Shown: in pieces, positions 62,327 through 64,000 of the stretch | Layout of the letters: each line of letters opens with the position of its first letter | Position numbering within the stretch: position 1 is the stretch's first letter | Origin: Marsupella aquatica | Taxonomy: Eukaryota > Plantae > Marchantiophyta | Reading direction: 5' to 3' | Assembly (NCBI GenBank): GCA_973895155.1 | Contig: OZ316895.1 | Coordinates: 15,444,816-15,508,815, forward strand | Length of the DNA stretch: 64,000 nt | Program-made: the position numbers and the translations under genes | The notes under the pieces: model-generated | What the model saw: only the letters and a program-made list of their open reading frames with translations | Database searches by the model: none | Told to the model about the DNA's origin: nothing

Positions 62327-64000
62327 TGTTGAGCATAGACGACATTCGTAACGGCAAGCCCATGAACCATCTAACGCACAATAGTCGACACAGAGAGATA
62401 CGTGGTTCACCTCCACATGAGGCTACGTCCACGAGAACACACAAGAGCTTTATTGCACTCTAGGCCGACCGGCCATACCAAGCATCCACAGCACAAGCTC
62501 TCCCTATCTCTCAACTAGCTCCGTAACAATGAGCCTTTGTTCCACCAGGGTCTGGCATCAGCCCTGGCTATATGCACAACAGCACTACCGCTAACCTTAG
62601 CTAGGTCCTAACCTGAGTTAGCCTAACTGTGGTTAGCACAAGAGTCACAAGACTAGAGCAATATCTAACAAACTCCCCCTTGACTCTTGTCTTGGGGACT
62701 GGACTAAAAGCTACCATATGGAATCCTCAGCGGGAAGTTCTAGACAATCACCAAACCAGGTCTCCCCCTAAAAACCACAAGGGTTAACTAAGGGTTAACT
62801 AGAACTAAGCCGTAGCCTAACAGGAATGAGTAATCCATATACAAATAGTCACACATTGCTAAACAACTCTACTTGCACTACAACTGCAAAACCTGCAAAG
62901 TAGCACGGTGTCTTGAGAAACTCTCCAAAGGAATCACTTTGGTAAAGGCATCAGCGGGATTGAGCTTTCCATCAATCTTGACTAGCTCAAAAGTTTTATC
63001 AGACACTGCTTGCCTGATAAAATGGTACCTGATATCAATGTGCTTCACCCTGTTATCCATCACCTGGTTAGCAGCCAAGTGAAGAGCACTCTGACTATCA
63101 CAGTTTAGAGTCATTTTTCCATGCTCTAAACCCATCTCCGCGATCAACTTATCCAACCAAATTGCTTCCTTTGCTGCTTCTGCTGCTGCAACATACTCTG
63201 CTTCTGTAGTAGACTGAGATATGCACTTCTACAAGGTAAATTTCCAACTGATACATCCTCCTCCAAGAGTGTATACAAACCCAGTTGTAGACCTCCTTGT
63301 ATCCAGACAGCCTCCATAGTCAAAATCTACATAGCCAACTAATGTTCTATCTGATCTGTTATCAAATAGTAATCCATAGTCCTGTGTACCCTTGAGATAC
63401 CTGAGAATCCACTTCACAGCTTCCCAATGTATCTTCCCTGGATTTGACATGAATCTGCTGACCTTGCCCATCGCTAGGGCCAAGTCAGGCCTAGTACAAG
63501 TCATCAAATACATCAGACTGCCTACTGCCTTCTCATAAGGAATCTTAGCCATCAGACCTTTCTCCACAACATCCGTAGGAGAGAAAGCCGATGATAACTT
63601 GAAATGTGAAGCTAAAGGAATACTCATTGGCTTACAGTTCTCCATGTTGAATCGTGCAAGTACTTTCCTTGCATACTGGCCTTGACTCAAGCACAACTGT
63701 CCAGTCTTAGAGTTCCTAAAAATCTCCATCCCTAAGATCCTCTTGGCCTTACCAAGATCCTTCATCCTGAATTCAGCACTCAGTTTCGCCTTGAGACTGT
63801 CAACCTCAGATTGATCTTTAGCCACAATCAGCATGTCATCCACATAGATCACCAGAATGATGAAACCGAATACATCATTCTTGACTGATTTCGTATACAC
63901 ACAAGGATCATACACCATCCTTGTAAAACCTTGAGCAAGCATGAAATCATCAAACCGCTTGTTCCATTGTCTGGGAGACTGCTTCAATCCATACAAGGAC
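62327..64000 (-). mobile_element. Ty1/copia LTR retrotransposon, 3' part (RT, RNase H, PPT, 3' LTR 62327-62670); continues beyond the window
   Basis: LYGLKQSPRQWNKRFD, IYVDDML, DLGKAKRILGMEI, PYEKAVGSLMYLMTCTRPDL, STTEAEYVAAAEAAKEAIWL, CDSQSALHLA, KHIDIRYHFIR, NPADAFTK. PPT at 62671-62682 (minus strand); 344 bp LTR with TG...CA ends. Confidence 0.97.
62878..64000 (-). pseudogene. Copia pol (RT-RNase H) with a premature stop
   Basis: ORFs 63229-63996 and 62878-63156 are in one frame, separated by TAG at 63229-63231 (ISWKFTL*KCISQSTTEAEY). Confidence 0.9.

Overview
Eukaryotic nuclear DNA from a land plant. Intron-rich genes, STN7/D27-like/COV1-like/SAUR content, a fungal-type OCA6-like phosphatase and long 5' leaders suggest a bryophyte, probably a liverwort (inference). 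Five spliced genes can be reconstructed exon by exon: an OCA6-like PFA-DSP pseudophosphatase (-), the thylakoid kinase STN7 (-), the WD40 Fe-S assembly factor CIA1 (+), a D27-like carotene isomerase homolog (-) and a COV1-like DUF502 protein (+). Two intronless genes stand out. One is a microbial-looking NADPH:quinone oxidoreductase (MDR family) with an added Arg/Ser-rich presequence. It has a pseudogenised copy in a ~2.2 kb direct duplication whose breakpoint abuts an NB-ARC (NLR) remnant. The other is a ~618-aa 'giant SAUR' whose small auxin-up domain sits behind ~550 aa of repeated RRxS and S/T-P motifs. Intergenic DNA holds a Ty1/copia element running off the right edge, a chimeric two-LTR relic, a tRNA-derived SINE family with target-site duplications, a minisatellite with stacked Helitron-type 3' ends and several MITE-like foldbacks. 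All family assignments come from motif recognition by eye; no database search was run, and splice sites were inferred from GT/GC-AG consensus plus expected protein continuity.
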